Assembly (NCBI GenBank): GCA_041661185.1
Contig: JBAZUV010000004.1
Span: 9,987-73,986 of the forward strand
Source of the DNA: Elusimicrobiota bacterium
GTDB taxonomy: Bacteria; Elusimicrobiota; Elusimicrobia; UBA1565
Length of the DNA stretch: 64,000 bases
Direction: 5' to 3'
Shown in pieces: positions 10,401 through 21,800 of the stretch. The stretch's first letter is position 1, and each line of letters begins with the position of its first letter. The translations under genes were made by a program, and so were the position numbers. The notes beneath the pieces were generated by a model. The model saw only the letters and a program-made list of their open reading frames with translations. It searched no databases and was not told the origin of the DNA.

Positions 10401-11668
10401 AGCGCGCCGTAGGCTTCCAGGCGGTATCGCCCTTCGGAAGAAGCGGAATCCTCGTTCTTGGCCAAGGCCGTCAGCATCCCTTGGAAAGATTCAACAGCCC
10501 CGCGAGAGAAGCGGGCCGGCGCATGGCCGAGGTCTTCATACGCATCCTGGATCTGGGAGCGCAAGGACTGGAACAGCTCGCGCTCCTTGGAACCCGCGGG
10601 CAGTCCCTCAACGTGGGCCGCGCTCAGATCCATCAGCGCATTGAGCGCCGCGGCATTGAAGAGGATCTCCGCCTGCTCCTGGTCGGGATGCTGCTCTCCG
10701 AATATCTCCCGGTAGCGTTCATAGTCTTCTCTCGCGCCGGCGAAAAATAGCATGGCGGACAACGCTCCTTTCGCGCCGGCGGCCATGCCCGCGATCCCCT
10801 TGCGCACCTCGGCGCGCACGGATCGTCCGTCGAAGACCTCTTTTCCTGAACGCTCGACCTTCCCTTCGCTCAGGTCGAGCAAAAGGAAATCGCCGCTGCG
10901 CAGCGCCGCCAAGCGTCCCTCTCCAGCCAGTATCGCGAGCATCCGCCGGAGCTTGTCCCTGCCCCAGCCGGCGGACACTGCCGCAGACTGCGCCGCCAGC
11001 ATGACCGGCGAACCGGGTTTGACCCGATTGCTCAGGTCCATGTAAAGTATCCGCGCATCGCGCGCGTCATAGGAGGAAGCCTCCGGCGCATCGCCCGAGA
11101 CCGCGCCGGGAGTCAGGTCCCCCGGCAGCGGCTCGGGCTGAGCATCCTTGACCGCATCGAAGAGGGCTCCGGCCGCGGTCTTCGCAGTCGAGAGGTCCGC
11201 GCGAAGGATGGAAGGCAGAGAGTTCACGAACGCCTGCAGCCGACGGACGCTTGCGGCGCCGCGCGTCTTTGCGAAGATCAGCGCCTTCGCATCCGCGCTC
11301 GCCGCCGGCGCTTCGACCGCGGGAGCGAGCAGCGTCGGCGATCCCTCCCTGGGAACAAACCCCTGCGGCAGGACCCCAGGGGCCTTGACGTCGACTCTCT
11401 GGATCGGAAGGATGGAAGACCTCTCAAAAAATGAACTCTCCGGCATGATCTTGACGCCCTGCATAGGCGCGCCCGACATCGCCCCATTCCCAAACGTCCC
11501 GGGAACCGCCAAAGGAATGACCATTACGTCCGCAGCCGGAAGTTTGACGGTCTGGGCGGCGGCTTGCAGCGCGCCCAGGCCCGGACAGGTCCAGATCAGC
11601 GCGGCGCACATGATGATGGAAACAGCTCGAGGAATCTCCGCCCGGATCTTCAGAAAATATGGCTTCAT
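4451..11668 (-). CDS. 2405-aa multidomain protein: N-terminal hydrophobic segment, Clp_N-like repeats, ClpA/B-type double AAA+ (D1+D2), 2 TM, HAD-like phosphatase domain, ~8 TM, C-terminal HtpX/M48 zinc-peptidase domain
   Basis: A single stop-free frame of 7218 nt. D1 has Walker A GEKGVGKT (aa 735) and Walker [10 protein letters not shown]2 has Walker A GPTGVGKT (aa 1019), Walker [12 protein letters not shown] and sensor [10 protein letters not shown]. The HAD motifs are ILDYDKT, ASNRP and FGDDFG..DAAM. The M48 motifs are [28 protein letters not shown] and a C-terminal [11 protein letters not shown]. Confidence 0.7.
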   Translation of the reverse strand: MKPYFLKIRAEIPRAVSIIMCAALIWTCPGLGALQAAAQTVKLPAADVMVIPLAVPGTFGNGAMSGAPMQGVKIMPESSFFERSSILPIQRVDVKAPGVLPQGFVPREGSPTLLAPAVEAPAASADAKALIFAKTRGAASVRRLQAFVNSLPSILRADLSTAKTAAGALFDAVKDAQPEPLPGDLTPGAVSGDAPEASSYDARDARILYMDLSNRVKPGSPVMLAAQSAAVSAGWGRDKLRRMLAILAGEGRLAALRSGDFLLLDLSEGKVERSGKEVFDGRSVRAEVRKGIAGMAAGAKGALSAMLFFAGAREDYERYREIFGEQHPDQEQAEILFNAAALNALMDLSAAHVEGLPAGSKERELFQSLRSQIQDAYEDLGHAPARFSRGAVESFQGMLTALAKNEDSASSEGRYRLEAYGALMVLLQEHAAGEAGSHKTGRRVRLHNGAKMIVEIQSLGNLRVPGAVNLHFDDETANSLLIHVAILLNENGKNAHLQAFYRAEQAVGMLERYRGLFGRAHPNEGQASALRGNAALWVISDLLSFFEKGLAGRPLGETGVVQTRDQMSRLREYLNGASYSVGAAPQPPSKDVLTSMVQLLDAAKPGQGAGSLEARRSFEHLREFAISELGHADEAFLQPEDPSAFVDDDDLIVGEEGSFAPIPEKKAPPIVPAGTDKGYPKLGLSEFPNLNKFGVDLTALAAAGRLNPLIGRDQEIRQMVKVLGRVEKNNPVVTGEKGVGKTKIVEGLAQRIAAGEIPSLYGKSIVKLDLGAMLAGTTLRGQFEQRMKDVLREAKNSHGRVILFIDELHTILGLGNSEGSTDAASMLKEALVGEVSVIGATTLSEYRKIEADGALARRFQEVRLDAPSEQEAVDILSGVKFRYEDKHGVSIPAETVREIVRLAARYLKDRSLPDSALDLMDDAAGEVQLQVEESGRSGKESRKKEVLPADAAFEVFLRTGIPVQELSKDDKAMLGRLDEDLKKAVIGQDAAVESVVRAVRRARMGYKDPKQPIGVFAFLGPTGVGKTELARSLARFLFQSEASMTRLDMSEYMEKQNVSRLISAPPGYVGYEDGGQLTEPVRRNPYQVILLDEVEKAHPDVLKIFLQVLEDGRMTDGQGHVVDFSNTIILMTSNLGGSISQPGPMSTPPVGELRHQRYLDAFKKAVPPEFFNRIGADNVLVFSDLDRAGYEKILDLRLADFSKILGLKRMTASLTEAARKRIIDEASSDANRIYGARPLKQMIERQVYDAFVDAELEGRIQEGDSVEVDFAEGKFLARKASGAVKLGAWAAALPLTLSAAFLPTAAAVAVGVLVWLSVAAFFIWNSMHERTGEAPTSISWAYRAKKGLAALLAGLGLAVSSPRLPQADQGALIKSFRAHPPALVILDYDKTFMDNPDGIGSPVSDERVELLRRLKAAGVRIAFASNRPLTGGGWGLSSLLMDRLPPDVRAGMILSTDGGAELYQYGAGGERPRGPVLSRPADKGPEALRIEALLKEHARALKMTDEDWYDDQKVLRLYEAFSPAFLAAGYPLDYRVVLSYPAQGRGAPEIWVARADKGGGAREIFWLAQKQKLISRKDILIFGDDFGPRGQDAAMARALPRATALAVGESADPRLSNVHLLADSGPESTTRFLQGLLPDRSALLDDADLRDALAPVSQAVPGRSEAFQFQAYHGGHVGPAAKAEPVVSTARLSPGAEARLSLARALAAAAAAYLLHGAAVMFLPSIFGIVPAAAFWALSPGVFVLPMALYARWRLFLRDSPRLGGVKLALDVLIGAYLGALLALAPALMGTTLSSLAITAGGPATAAGQAFIGQGAPGILGSAAAWLAGKLPRMLMGVSAAGSLTPAGLAALTAVPAMATLAFFLGAVIRSAESGKPFQMPGMRFPEYSWALFGAIFALATGYSPAGIIPMVIAWVLFGRTRVFDALFTVAALWSAATGFAAPVTFAVLTLLPHRSAVWMERLLGRLLPAGNPAPSTRPEPAKQPVQHAPTVRTEHHYWFKTVLALGGLGAFGALLSATVFGWTAFLAHLGAASALIGLQVYFSPKLIMKMMKAGPLSEEDAPEVFQVVRELRGIINKGLEAKGRKPIPMPEIIEAPMDVPNAFAAGLSPSKAVVGVTPEIERMLLDPEGLRNGLLRLIDQSDPSGIPFDAFRSAISDSIRGVSRQTGSAALRAAVAEAAPSELKALGVRVLRGILGHELSHVMNRDMVIGAVSESLTAAVALSASWVLWILGSIESGWARLTGNKAHRSSAVKHPKISAGVKPESVEPVSAAAAFGVLKVFAALWAPIMAQLLQMGSSRIREGGADEDGALLTRDPDALALGLGLLTAWQPQNFELRAEELPLIAARSPWMTVDPFEQLRGAGWKLEFDRLSRWVVGPGDDIFFRLFVTHPDTIQRIERLHSMH

Positions 11669-11848
11669 GGCATCCCTTGGAACGGTTCGCGCAATAGACG
11701 TTCAGGCGCGCGCGTACGCTAACAAATGAAACCGTGAAACAATCAGGTCCAGGGTGCCTGATTTTGGCGGGCGAAAAGTCCTACATCCTATAGGTCTGAT
11801 GACCCAATTTGAGAGGCCTTTCCGTGTGGAGAAAATATCTCGAATTCA

Positions 11849-11894
11849 GGAGCGTGTCACCAGATCACGACAAAGGATTATTCAGACACGCTCC
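11849..11894. repeat. 46-bp hairpin element (copy 2), overlapping the last codons and stop of the amidase gene
   Basis: ggagcgtgtcaccagatcacgacaaaggattattcagacacgctcc has the same arms as the 4404-4450 copy; the amidase stop codon lies inside the loop. Confidence 0.45.
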
Positions 11895-13830
11895 TGGCGG
11901 CTTTGCGCTCGGCGGGATCCGTCAATTGGAGATTCCGGTAGGCGTCATAATATCCGCGGAGTCCCTCGACCAAGGTCTTGGCGAAGCGGTCCTGCCAGAC
12001 AGGGTCCAAGAGCATCTCCTCCTGCTCGGGCAGCATCACATACGCGGACTCCGTGAGCACCGCGGGCATCTGCGGAATGCGGCAGACCGCGAGATCTCCC
12101 CAGCGCAGAGCATCGTCGAAAAGCGGGATGTCCTTGCGGTGAGCGGCCTGCATGGACTCGGCCAGGAACCGGCTCTGCGGATGATAGTAGAGCATCATGA
12201 ATCCGCGGGGCGCCTCGAAGGGGTCGTCGCTCGCGCCCAAGGCATTGTGATGGATGCTCACCAGCACGTCGCCCTTGGCATCCCACGCCAAGGCCGGCCG
12301 CTCCGTGAGCGCGGGCCCCGCGGAACTCGCGCGCGTGAGGTAAACCTGCGCGCCCTCGGCCTCCAGCAGGGCTTTGACCCGGAAGGCCGTTTCGAGGTTC
12401 ACGTCTTGCTCCTCGGTGCCCAAAGGGCCGAGTCCGCCGTGATCCGGCCCGTGCCCGGGGTCCAAGACCACGCGCCGCCCCTTCAAGACCTTGTCGGAGG
12501 CCGTCAGGTCCGGAGCCCGACGGATATCGAAGAGGAATCGCCCCTTCTCGTAGCGGGCATCATAGCCCGCGCTCCAGCGGATGCGCGTGCGCACGGTCAT
12601 GAGCACGGTCTGGGAATCCTCCTGCCGCCAGACCACCTCGCGGATGATGGGATCGTCGGAAGCATAGCGCAGGCGGTCGATGCGCTGATAGGCGCCGAAG
12701 AAGCGGATCTCGAATTCCAAGGGATCGAGCCGATGCGTCACGGAGAACGGCACGGGCCGCTCCACGGACACGGCCAGGCGCACGGAATCGGAAGACACGG
12801 AGGTGTTCAGATATCGGCCGATGAGGCCGCTGGGCGGCGCGGCGCCCTCGGGCAGCATGCGCACCTGCCCCGGGTCCACCCAGGCGTCATAGCCCGGAGC
12901 CAAGGATACTCGCAAACGGTCTCCAGAACGCCCGGTGACCGCGAGCTGGACCCCGGGAGGGATGAGGATATCGTATCCTCCGGCCAAGGTCTTGAGGATG
13001 GTGCTTCTCGCGGTGCTGATCGCGGTCTCATAAGCCTGCGGGTCCAGGATGCTCACGCGTCCCTGCGCATGCTCCGACCAGGAGCCTGCCTTGCAATGCA
13101 AGGAGACCTTCACGCGATGAGACTTGCCGTGAGCAGAGTCGCCCACGCGCCAGCGCCCGTCGTAGATCCCCGGGCTCGTTTCAAAGAGCGGCATGCCTTC
13201 GACGAGGTCTTCGACGCTGAAGTTCGCTTCCCCGCCCGCAGGCCCCTTGGCCCGGACGGCGACCCAATCGCCTGAGCGGACCCACTGGCTCTCGCGCGGC
13301 TCCAGGACCGCGATGCCGGATGTCCGGGCCTCCTCCGGTCCGTCCACGAGGACATTGCGCGCGAGCGAAGCCGAAGCCCCCGCGCGTTCGGCCAGAAAAT
13401 GAAGGACGAACGCGCCGCTGGAAAAATCCACCATGGACAAGAATGCTCCGTTGCCGCGCACGGGCAGGGAGATCCCGTTGACGGTCAGCGTGGAGCCGGG
13501 AGTGACGCTGCCGAACGCGAAAGCTCGCTTCAAAAAAGGATAGCGCATCCCTTCCTCGGGCCAAACCACGCGCAGTTCAGGAGCCGCTGCGGCTGGAGCG
13601 ACGGCCGTACCAGCGCTCGACACAGCGACAACAACGGCGCTCGATGTCTCAACAGAAGCCGTGACCGTAGACACGGCCTGCACCGTTGTCGTTGAGGAAA
13701 CATTCTGCGGGACCCGCATACCAGCGGGGAGTGCCGCATCCGAAGTTTGTTGGGACGCGGCCTGCGCCCGCGCCGGAGCGCATGCGAGCGCGAGCGCTGC
13801 GAAAAGCCAGCCTGCCGTCTGGAAATTCAT
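11878..13830 (-). CDS. N-acetylmuramoyl-L-alanine amidase (Amidase_3, AmiC-like) with N-terminal signal peptide and beta-rich targeting domains
   Basis: Catalytic domain motifs are VVLDPGHGPDHGG, EEQDVNLETAFRVKALLE and VLVSIHHNAL. The signal peptide is MNFQTAGWLFAALALACAPARA, from the ATG at 13830; the ORF runs to 13878. Confidence 0.85.
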   Translation of the reverse strand: MNFQTAGWLFAALALACAPARAQAASQQTSDAALPAGMRVPQNVSSTTTVQAVSTVTASVETSSAVVVAVSSAGTAVAPAAAAPELRVVWPEEGMRYPFLKRAFAFGSVTPGSTLTVNGISLPVRGNGAFLSMVDFSSGAFVLHFLAERAGASASLARNVLVDGPEEARTSGIAVLEPRESQWVRSGDWVAVRAKGPAGGEANFSVEDLVEGMPLFETSPGIYDGRWRVGDSAHGKSHRVKVSLHCKAGSWSEHAQGRVSILDPQAYETAISTARSTILKTLAGGYDILIPPGVQLAVTGRSGDRLRVSLAPGYDAWVDPGQVRMLPEGAAPPSGLIGRYLNTSVSSDSVRLAVSVERPVPFSVTHRLDPLEFEIRFFGAYQRIDRLRYASDDPIIREVVWRQEDSQTVLMTVRTRIRWSAGYDARYEKGRFLFDIRRAPDLTASDKVLKGRRVVLDPGHGPDHGGLGPLGTEEQDVNLETAFRVKALLEAEGAQVYLTRASSAGPALTERPALAWDAKGDVLVSIHHNALGASDDPFEAPRGFMMLYYHPQSRFLAESMQAAHRKDIPLFDDALRWGDLAVCRIPQMPAVLTESAYVMLPEQEEMLLDPVWQDRFAKTLVEGLRGYYDAYRNLQLTDPAERKAARSVSE

Positions 13831-14393
13831 ATTTTCGCCGACCTCCATTCCCCCGGCCTGAGCCCTTCCAAAGTCCACGCGCCCACGCGCACGCGCACCA
13901 GACGCAGGGTCGGATGTCCGATCGCGGCCGTCATCCTGCGCACCTGCCGGTTGCGGCCCTCGGTCAGGGTCATCTCAAGCCAGACCGCGGGAACGTTCTT
14001 GCGAAATCGTATCGGAGGATCGCGCGGCTCCGACACCGGCTCGCCTTCGATCAGTCGCACGCGGCAAGGCTTCGTCGGACCGTCTCGCAGGGTCACTCCG
14101 CGCGCCAAACGCTCCAGCGCCTCGGCCGACGGCAGACGCTCGACCTGCGCGAGATAAGTCCGCTCATGCCCGAAACGCGGATCGCTGAGGCGATGGTTCA
14201 ATTCCCCATCCGCGGTCAGGACCAGCAGCCCTTCGCTGTCATGATCGAGACGCCCCACCGGATAGATTCCCTTGGGCAGCCCGAACTCCGAAAGAGAACG
14301 ATGCCCGTCGCGCGCAGTGAACTGCGAGAGCACCCCATACGGCTTATAAAACAATACGACTCCGCCCGCCCAAGATATGCTCATGAACCGCAA
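13827..14393 (-). CDS. RsuA/RluE-family rRNA pseudouridine synthase
   Basis: 188 aa with catalytic VGRLDHDSEGLLVLT motif and a RluE-like C-terminus; its stop overlaps the amidase start by 4 nt. Confidence 0.85.
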   Translation of the reverse strand: MRFMSISWAGGVVLFYKPYGVLSQFTARDGHRSLSEFGLPKGIYPVGRLDHDSEGLLVLTADGELNHRLSDPRFGHERTYLAQVERLPSAEALERLARGVTLRDGPTKPCRVRLIEGEPVSEPRDPPIRFRKNVPAVWLEMTLTEGRNRQVRRMTAAIGHPTLRLVRVRVGAWTLEGLRPGEWRSAKI

Positions 14394-14432
14394 CCTATCT
14401 TATAAACTATTGGTATTGGCGGCAGTAGTATT

Positions 14433-14512
14433 GGTGCCAGGCGTCAACTTGATTGAAATTCAACTTGCTCGGCCGAGCAAGTTGAATTTCAATCAAGTTG
14501 ACGCCTGGCACC
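14433..14512. repeat. 80-bp perfect palindromic element (copy 1) with GGTGCCAGG / CCTGGCACC termini
   Basis: ggtgccaggcgtcaacttgattgaaattcaacttgctcgg|ccgagcaagttgaatttcaatcaagttgacgcctggcacc is exactly self-complementary and identical to 59681-59760. It lies between the pseudouridine synthase and the kinase genes. Confidence 0.8.
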
Positions 14513-14533
14513 GGCATTCGGCATACTGGCGGC

Positions 14534-15844
14534 ATGTTCCGGCTTGCATTCCTCCTTCTGGCTGGACTCGCCCAAGCCTCGCCCCCGGCTGGGTCCAACA
14601 GTCTTTCTCTCATCCGCGATTCGTCGGAGCCCTCGGAAACAGCCTCCAGCCGGACCCCTGACGCCGGGAACGCGGTCAGCCCCGAAGATAAGGAAAGCTC
14701 GGAAGTCCCCCTGGAGAGAGCCAGGACGCTGCTCCCGAATGCGCCGCTGCTCAGCGGCGCACGCGTCGAATTGCCGCAGACGCCCCAGTCCTCCCACCCC
14801 CCTTCCCAGCCTCCGCCGCCTCGCAGCGGCTTCGCGGCCGCGCCCTCGGATGCCTGGCAGCTGCTCGATGCCGTGGCCGAGCCGCGTCCCGACGCGGCTC
14901 CATGGACCATTCTCGCGCTCCTGAGCCTGTCGACTCTCGCTTGCCTGGGACTTTCCCGGATCCGCCGCAGGCCGGTTGAAGAACCGGCGTCCGCGTCCCC
15001 GGCGGACAACGATCTCCTCGCCGGGAAATACGAACTTTTGCGCATCATCGGCAAAGGCGCGATGGCCGATGTCTGGGAAGCCGCGGACCGTTCGCTCGCC
15101 CGCCGAGTGGCCGTCAAGAAGATCACCTCGCAGCAAGCGCATCCTATCGATGAGGCCCGCGCCTTGGCCTCCCTTCATCATCCTCATATCCTGAGCATCT
15201 ATGAGGTGCTCGATGTCCCCCAAGGGCTCTACCTGGTCTTCGAATTCGTCTCGGGAAAGACCCTTCAGCAGCTACTCGTGGAAGAACACCGCTTGGATCT
15301 TGAGCGCGCCAAAGCCGTGCTCCTGCCGGTCTGCTCGGCCCTGGCGGCCGCTCACGACCGCTGCATCGTGCACCGGGACCTCAAACCCGCAAACATCATG
15401 CTTTCCGACGATGGGAATATCAAGGTGATGGATTTCGGCATCGCCTTGAGGATCGGGACATCGCAAGCTCCTGCCGTTGGAACGGATGGAGTTTCCCATC
15501 CCGGCAGCAGGGCTTCCTCCTTCGAAGGGACGCCGGCCTACATGGCCCCGGAAGCGCAAGACGGCTGCGTGAGCCCGTCCTGCGACGTCTATTCCCTGGG
15601 AGTCTGCCTCTACGAGCTCTTATCCGGCGAGCGTCCTTTCGGGCAGGTCTCCCTGCCCCAGAAGCTCGTGCGCGCCTATCCCCGACTCAGCACGCGCGTC
15701 CCGGGCCTGCCGAAGGACGCGGATGCGCTCATCGACGCGGTCTTGGACCCGGATCCCCGCACGCGGATGAAGGATGTCCGCGCTTTCCGCCGAGTATTGG
15801 AATCTATCGTGTTGGAAACAGAAACAGTCCGGCCGCGCCCATGA
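14534..15844 (+). CDS. Hanks-type Ser/Thr protein kinase, membrane-anchored
   Basis: Kinase motifs are GKGAMADVWEA, VAVKK, HRDLKPANIML, DFGIA and APE. It has an N-terminal signal/TM, a Pro-rich spacer and a TM (WTILALLSLSTLACLGL) ahead of the kinase domain. The ATG at 14534 (MFRLAFLLL) is preferred over the ORF start at 14498, which lies inside the palindrome. Confidence 0.85.
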   Translation: MFRLAFLLLAGLAQASPPAGSNSLSLIRDSSEPSETASSRTPDAGNAVSPEDKESSEVPLERARTLLPNAPLLSGARVELPQTPQSSHPPSQPPPPRSGFAAAPSDAWQLLDAVAEPRPDAAPWTILALLSLSTLACLGLSRIRRRPVEEPASASPADNDLLAGKYELLRIIGKGAMADVWEAADRSLARRVAVKKITSQQAHPIDEARALASLHHPHILSIYEVLDVPQGLYLVFEFVSGKTLQQLLVEEHRLDLERAKAVLLPVCSALAAAHDRCIVHRDLKPANIMLSDDGNIKVMDFGIALRIGTSQAPAVGTDGVSHPGSRASSFEGTPAYMAPEAQDGCVSPSCDVYSLGVCLYELLSGERPFGQVSLPQKLVRAYPRLSTRVPGLPKDADALIDAVLDPDPRTRMKDVRAFRRVLESIVLETETVRPRP

Positions 15845-18800
15845 CCCAGCGCTTGAAGACGTCCCTCACGGCCTGCCGCCAGCCCCGCGCCGGCGGAAGG
15901 TCCGCGGACCTTGCCGCGAAAAACCCGTAACGCTCCCGCGCCCGGCTCATCATATCCCGCGACTGCGCGATCACCCGCTCCGGTTCCTTGAGTTCCTCTT
16001 CCAGCGCCGCAAGCGCGCGCTTCTCGTCGATGAGCCCCGCCCCAGCCTCCAGAAGACCCTGTCCGGCCAAAGGAGCGGCGGTGCGGGCGATCAAGGACTC
16101 CAGGTAGAAGCTGTAGCCGTCGGGCAATCCATCGGCCTTCTCCCGAAGCACCGCCGCCATCTTCTCGATGAGCAGCGCGAATTTCCCGGTGGTATGTTCG
16201 GCCGCGACCGAAGTCCCGGAGAACGTGCGGTAAAGAGGCTTCCCCTGCCACAAGACCGTGGTGGGAGCGTCCTTGGCTTGCTGGGCGAGCTTGGAAGCGA
16301 AGGCCGAGGCGATCTCATAGGGATTGGGCATGCCGAACGCCACGGCTCCGCCGTAGTCCACCCAGGAAAGCGCCGCGGAATCCGCGGAACCCCTTGCCGA
16401 ATAGAAAGCCAGGGCCCCGGATTTATCCACGGCTCCCACGCGGATGGCGAGTTCGGCCTTGGCCGGGACATCCAGGCTTCCGGGCGAGGGCCCTTCATTG
16501 CCCGCCGCGGCGATCACCGTGATGTTCTTGAGCCTGAGCGCATCCACGAGCCTGGCGAACGGAGAATCCGCCCTCCCCTGACCGCCGAGGCTCAGGTTCA
16601 CGATCATCGGAGTCTTAAGCGGGTCTTGGACCAGGCTCGCGGCCCATTCCAGCCCGGCCATGACCATGGCATCGGTCCCGCCGTCCGCGCTCAGGACTTT
16701 CCCGACCGCGAAGTCCACGTCGGGCGCCATGCCCTCGTAGGGAGAGCCCTCCACGCTGCGTCCGCCCACGATGCCCATGCCGTACGTCCCGTGGCCGAGA
16801 GCCTCTCCATCGACCGCGTTCCCCGGAGCCGTAAAATTCCTCTTGCCCTTGATGCGGTCCCCGGCCAAGGCCGGATGCGAAAGATCCGCGCCCTCGTCGA
16901 GATAAGCCACGAGCACGCCCCGGCCCGTCAGGCCCGAAGCCGCCCGTATCTCCGGGATGCCGGAAAGAGGGCCGGTCTCATTGAGCAGAGGATAGACCGG
17001 CCGCGCCTTATGCACCCTCCAGCCCTTGGACTCCAGCTCCGCGGTGAAGGCCAGGACCTGCGTATCCGGGACATTCACCCATAGCGCCTGCGCATTCGGG
17101 AAAGCCGCCTGCAAATCCGCCTCGAAACGCTCCATGACGGCCGGCTCCAAGCCGTAACCCGCGGCCGCGCTGAGCGCCGCGCTCTTGGCTCCGCCGCGAA
17201 GATCCTGGAAGCGCTCCACGCGCGGCGCAAGAAGGCCTTCTTTCGTGTTCGCGCGCGGAAGCTCGAGTATCAGATGCAGAGGCCCAAGATTCGGGTCCAC
17301 GCCCGCCACGCCCGCGCCGCCGCGGTCCTGGACCGGAGTGGGAAGATCGAGCGGGATATCCAGGATCTTGGCCAGCGTCGAGACCAGCTCGCCCAAAGCC
17401 CCCGGCCGGCCCGCCGCGGCCTTATGCGCCTGGACGAAGCCCGCGGCGCTCTCGCGCAGAGGCGGCTTCTTCAACCGCGTCTTGAACGCCGCGGACCGGT
17501 TCGCGGTCCGGAAGAACTTCGAGATCGTGCGCGTCAGCGCGAGGTTCCCAGGACCCGCCGCAGCCAAGAGAGCGCAAACGGCTCCGTCCGTGATCAGGGC
17601 CTGGTTCAGGTTGGCGAGCTCCGTGAGCGACGCCGCGGCCAGATGGCGGATATTGCCGCGCTCCGAGGCGTCCGCGACGCGGCCGGCCAAAGCCTCCACG
17701 ACCTCCGGCGAAGCGCGCCCGCCCAGCTGTCCGGCCAGCCACACGGCCGTAAATCGCGTCTTCTTATCAGGATTCGTCATCTCCGCGCGGATCCTGGGCA
17801 GGCCGGAGACATCCCCATGCCGGGCCAGAGCATAGGCGGCATAAAGCCCGACGTCGGGCCGCTCATCGCCGCACGCCTTGCGCAGAAGTTCATCGGCGCC
17901 GTAATGCGGGATCTCGGCCAAAGCCAGGAAAGCCGTCTGCCGCACGCGGCCGTCCTCATCGCTCAACGCCGCCGCGGCCAAGTCCAGCACGGCCTCCGGC
18001 GCCTTGAGGTTCATGAGCGTGAAGGCCGCATAGAAGCGGACCACCCAGACCTCGTCTTTGAGCGCCTGCCTCAGTTCCGGGGCCGCCTGCGCCCGGAGCT
18101 GCGCGAAGCGGGCCTGGACCGACTGCTCATCCTGCGCGGAAACAGCCTCAGGGACCGCCTCATCATCATCCTCGGAAGGTTCTTCGGAGGCGCCTTCCGC
18201 GCGAGCGTCGCGCGAGCGAGCCGCGTTCTGCCGGCCGACCTCCGCGGCGCCATTAAAGACCCGGTCCTCCAGGCGCTGGACCTGCGCGGCGCGGTCGATC
18301 CAAGCCCAGGAAGGAACAGGGCTCGCCGCGGCCAATCCCGCGGCAGCGGCGAGCACCCTGAAAAGCTTAAAGCGCGAAACGCCCGGCGCCGGGCCGAAAG
18401 TCTCTGCCGCGAGCTTGACGGCCGCCAGCGCGTCCACGAAACCCGCCCCCTGGAAAAAAACAGGGACGCGCATATCCACCGCGGAACGCATAAGCAGCAT
18501 CTTCACGCAGAAAGACAGCTGATCGCGGAAATACTCGTACGCCGCGGAGCCGGCGCCGATGACCTTGCGGACGGCCTGCTTGACCAGCAATGCGATGGCC
18601 GCCACCTGGGGATTGGCCATGGAGGACCCGGCCATGCGGGTATGGAGCCCGTCCTCCGTATTGGAAGGGCCCGGCGGCATATCCTTGGAACGGACCGAGG
18701 TGATGCCCTGCGAATAGACGTCCTTGTTCCCCGGAAGAGTGGTCACGTCCCCGCCCAGCGCCGTGATGTCCGGCTTGAGGACCCAGCGCGTGAGTCCGTA

Positions 18801-21800
18801 GCGCTTGAAGCGGCCGTCCAATGCCGGCCCCACCGAAGAGTAGAACGCGGTCTCCGGTACGCCGTCGTCGAGGCTTTTGGCCGCGGCGCCCACGTCGATC
18901 ATGTTCCGGGCGTTGGCGGGCTGGCTCAAGGTCTTATTGAACGGACCCGCGTTCCCGCTCGATCCCGTGCCGATGAGCGGCTCCCCGGAAGCGCTCTTCT
19001 GCTCCAAGAGATGCGAGAAAAACTCAGCCAAGGGCGCATCGCTGTCCCCGGGACTGCCGAGGCTGACGCTGACGACGTCCGAACCCCACTTCATGGCATC
19101 CACGGCCGCGGCCATGATGTCGCCGTCGGAAGCGCCCTGCCCGGCCTGGGAGAAGACCTTGCCCATGCGTCCCTCGGCCGCGGGCGCCATGCCCTTGTAA
19201 AGAGGCCCGTTGGCATAGGAGATGCCGGCCTTATGCGTGCCGTGCCCGCTCCAATCCTCGGGTCCCTCGCCCACGAAATCGATGCACTGCAGGATGCGGT
19301 CCGCGAAATCAGGATGCGTCACATCGAGCCCGGTGTCGATATCGTAGATGCGTCCGCCTTCGCCCCGGATGCGGAGCTTCCAGACCGGCACGACGTCCTG
19401 GATGATCCCGCTCTCGAGGAGCTGGACGCGGTAGCCTCCGCGGGAAGCTCCGAAGCGCACGCCGCGCGCGCCGGAAAGCCGCTTGAGCACCTTCGAGTAG
19501 GCCTTGAGCACGCTGACATAGATGCGGTTGTCTCCCACGTCCCGGCCGAAGACATGTCGGACCCGCAAGCCCGCCTGGACGAAGCGCGCGCGCTCCTGGT
19601 CGTTGAAGCCGAAGGAGCGCAGAAGATCGTCCTGGGCCGGCGCGGAAGGGTCCGTATCGAGGTTGAGCTGCGAATGAGGAAGGCTCACCCCTTTGGCGGG
19701 AGTCAGCCACAGGTTCAGGCGCGGCTCCATCTTTCGCGCCACGATCACGTGCCCGCCCTCGGCAAGGTCCACGCGCTGGACCTGGAACTCGCCGTTGTCC
19801 GAGGAAGTCCAGAACCGGAAAACCCTTTCGACCAGCGCGACTCCGGGATCGGAGGAATGGAAAGGAAGGAGCACGATCCCATGGTCCTGCAGCCCCGCGT
19901 ACAAAGCCTGCAAATAGTCTGCCAGGCCCACGTCCTGGAGCTGGGTCCCGGAGAACTCGTTCATCATCTTGTTCAAGGCCGCGGAGACTCCCTCGACCGA
20001 TCCATTGCCCCCCACATGCACTCCGATGTTGTCGCCCAGAGTCTTCAATCGCAGAGCCAGCGGCCCGCCGGACTTGAACCCTTCGCGCGAGCTCGAGCGG
20101 TTGCGCTGTTCGAGCCGATAGGCCTCGTCGATGGAGCGCAGGGCCTGCTCAAGCCGTCGGTTCTCCGCGGAGTCCTCCAAAGGCAAGGAGAGATGGACGT
20201 TCGGGAGCACGATCACCCGGTAGCGGCCGGCATGCTCGGGCGCCTGGAGGAGCCTCTTGAGCTCCGAAGGCTCCACGCGGGCGTTCTCCCGGGATGCGAA
20301 CCCGGTCATGTCCGCAGGATCGGCGACCACGAGCCCTTTCTCCGGCAGACCGGTATAAAGACCCCGCACGCGCGCCCGTCCCTCGGAGAGCACGTCATAG
20401 GCCGAGGGGTTCAGGAGCTCCGAGCTGGAAGGCTCGACGATGAGCACGGGATAAGGAGCCCCCAGACGCAGGGAGACCTGCGCCTCCTTCAAGACGCGTT
20501 CGAGCACCGGGATGCGCAAGGACTTGAGCCACTGCCGGCTGTGCCATTCCCCGGCGCGGGCCAAGGCCTCGTCGCTCAGTCCGCGGAAGAATCCCCCGAG
20601 TCCCTTGCTGCGCCGAGCCAAGGGTTCGCGCCGGCCGTTCTGCAGATAATGCCCCATCTCGTGCTTGAGCACGGCCTGGAAGAGCCCGGGCGCGCGCGCA
20701 AGCTCGGGCCGCAGATAGATCGCATCGCCCTGCGACACGCCGAAAGCGAAACCGGAGAAGCGCCCCCTCTGCGGCCGGTAGATCCGCAGGATGCCGCGGC
20801 CGGGAGCGTATCCCAGCAATCCGGAGATCACGCTCGGATGCAGGCCCATCTCCAGGAGCTGGGCTTTGGCGAAATCCCAGAACTCGCGGTCCGAGATATC
20901 GGCCCGAAAGAAAACAGCCCAAGAGAACACGGCAAGGTCATAGAGCGCCCAGCCTGAGAAGACCGCGCCCATCACCCCCGCGGCCGCCATCGTGACCCGC
21001 AAAGGCTCCGCGAACGCGGCAAGAGCCTCCACCAGCCAGGGGGAGTGGATCAGCGCCGCATGCGCAAGGACCCAGCCGGACCCAAAGAACACGGCTGCGG
21101 CCGTTATGAAAACCGCGGCCGACAACGCCGCCAGCACCGCCGGGAACAGCACTCTGCGATACCGGATCTCCTGCTGCGCGGACTTCCGAGCCGCAAGCGC
21201 CGGGACCTGCCCGGAAGTCCGGCCCGCGCCTACAACTCCGTCATCCCGGTCCACGTCTACAACTCCGTCATCCCGGCTGACGACAGCGCCCTGCTCGTCA
21301 TTCCGGCGAAAGCCGGAATCCAGGATAAGGCTGGACCCCGGGTCAAGCCCGGGGTGACGACGGCCGACTGCACCCCGCCCTTCGCCGGGAGTCTGAATCT
21401 CCAGACCCCCTGCTTGGCCAAGTTCTCCTTGCCCGCCGAGACGGCGCGTGAAATCCTCGGCCGCGGCCTGCTGGGAAGCTTCGATCCCTCCATCCGCAGC
21501 CTGATCCAAGAATGAAGACGGCCCGCGCAGAGCCTTCCATAAACGCCCGGCTCCGCGGACGAACAAACGCACGACCCCTTTGCTCGCTTCATCCTTGCGG
21601 CCAACTTCGTCATCTCTGCTCGCGTCTACAACTCCGTCATCCCGGCGAAAGCCGGGACCCAGCAGTAGCCTGGACCCCGGGTCAAGCCCGGGGTGACGAG
21701 AGTAAAGGGTCTTGCCATTCACTGCGCCGGAAGCTTCCTGCTTATCGGGAAAGATCTCCATCTTTGGGACATCCACAGATACGCCCACGCCTGAACCCGC

